In this document: positions 63,446 through 64,000 of the stretch, piece by piece
How the letters are laid out: every line of letters begins with the position of its first letter
Numbering within the stretch: position 1 is the first letter of the stretch
NCBI GenBank assembly: GCA_963826115.1
Contig: CAWGVS010000012.1
Coordinates: forward strand, 768,001 to 832,000
From: an uncultured Candidatus Rokubacteria bacterium
GTDB taxonomy: Bacteria; Methylomirabilota; Methylomirabilia; Rokubacteriales; DASRDR01
Length of the DNA stretch: 64,000 nucleotides
Direction: 5' to 3'
Translations under genes and position numbers: made by a program
Notes under the pieces: generated by a model
What the model was told of the DNA's origin: nothing
The model's database searches: none
Seen by the model: the letters and a program-made list of their open reading frames with translations, nothing else

Positions 63446-64000
63446 TGGCGACGGCGCCCCTCCTGGCGGTCCGGGACCTGTCGGTGTCGTTCGACACGCC
63501 CGGCGGCGAGGTGGCGGCCGTGCGGCACGTGTCGTTCGACGTCGCGAAGGGCGAGACGGTCGGGCTCGTGGGCGAGAGCGGCTCCGGGAAGTCCGTGACG
63601 GCGCTGTCCGTCCTCCAGCTCCTGCCGTACCCGAAGGCCCGGCATCCGTCCGGCAGCCTCCGCTTCCAGGGCCAGGAGCTCCTCGGCGCCGACGAGGCCA
63701 CGCTCCGGCGCGTCCGCGGGAACCGGATCGCGATGATCTTCCAGGAGCCCATGACGTCGCTCAACCCGCTCCACACCATCGAGAAGCAGATCGGCGAGGT
63801 CCTGTTCGTCCACAAGCGGCTCGACCGCCGGGCGGCGCGGGCGCGAACGCTCGAGCTCCTCGGCCTGGTCGGCCTGCCCGAGGCGGCGCGGCGGCTCGAC
63901 GCGTACCCGCACCAGCTCTCGGGCGGCCAGCGCCAGCGCGTGATGATCGCGATGGCGCTCGCCAACGAGCCGGACCTCCTGATCGCGGACGAGCCGACGA
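63445..64000 (+). CDS. yejF: YejF-type ABC ATPase (5' part, cut by the window end)
   Basis: GESGSGKS, IFQEPMTSLNP, YPHQLSGGQRQR, LIADEPT. Confidence 0.9.
   Translation, partial: MATAPLLAVRDLSVSFDTPGGEVAAVRHVSFDVAKGETVGLVGESGSGKSVTALSVLQLLPYPKARHPSGSLRFQGQELLGADEATLRRVRGNRIAMIFQEPMTSLNPLHTIEKQIGEVLFVHKRLDRRAARARTLELLGLVGLPEAARRLDAYPHQLSGGQRQRVMIAMALANEPDLLIADEPT

Overview
Very GC-rich (roughly 70-75% by eye) bacterial chromosome segment. Gene content and style suggest an uncultured soil lineage such as Ca. Rokubacteria/Methylomirabilota; this is inference only. From left to right: an RND pump and adaptor divergent from greA; a stand-alone DGQHR protein; tpx and assorted envelope genes; a tripartite RND system; and an accessory zone (about 11-27 kb) around divergent tRNA-Leu(CAA) and tRNA-Ala(GGC) genes. 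That zone holds a cytochrome P460-family gene, two decayed integrases, and a clearly bounded ~2.5 kb att-flanked element carrying a persulfide dioxygenase-rhodanese fusion and an ArsR regulator. Next come a compact operon of a PqqD/RRE protein with a leader-like C-terminal tail, an HPr-kinase-like enzyme and four GT2 domains (best candidate for an undescribed peptide-modification system); an 11-subunit complex I operon lacking nuoEFG with a NIPSNAP gene inserted between nuoC and nuoD; a TetR + ECF sigma pair; and core genes rplU-rpmA-obgE-proB-proA-nadD-rsfS-dksA-comF, gap-pgk-tpiA-secG and yejABEF (cut by the window end). Three genes carry single-base frameshifts that look like sequencing errors.
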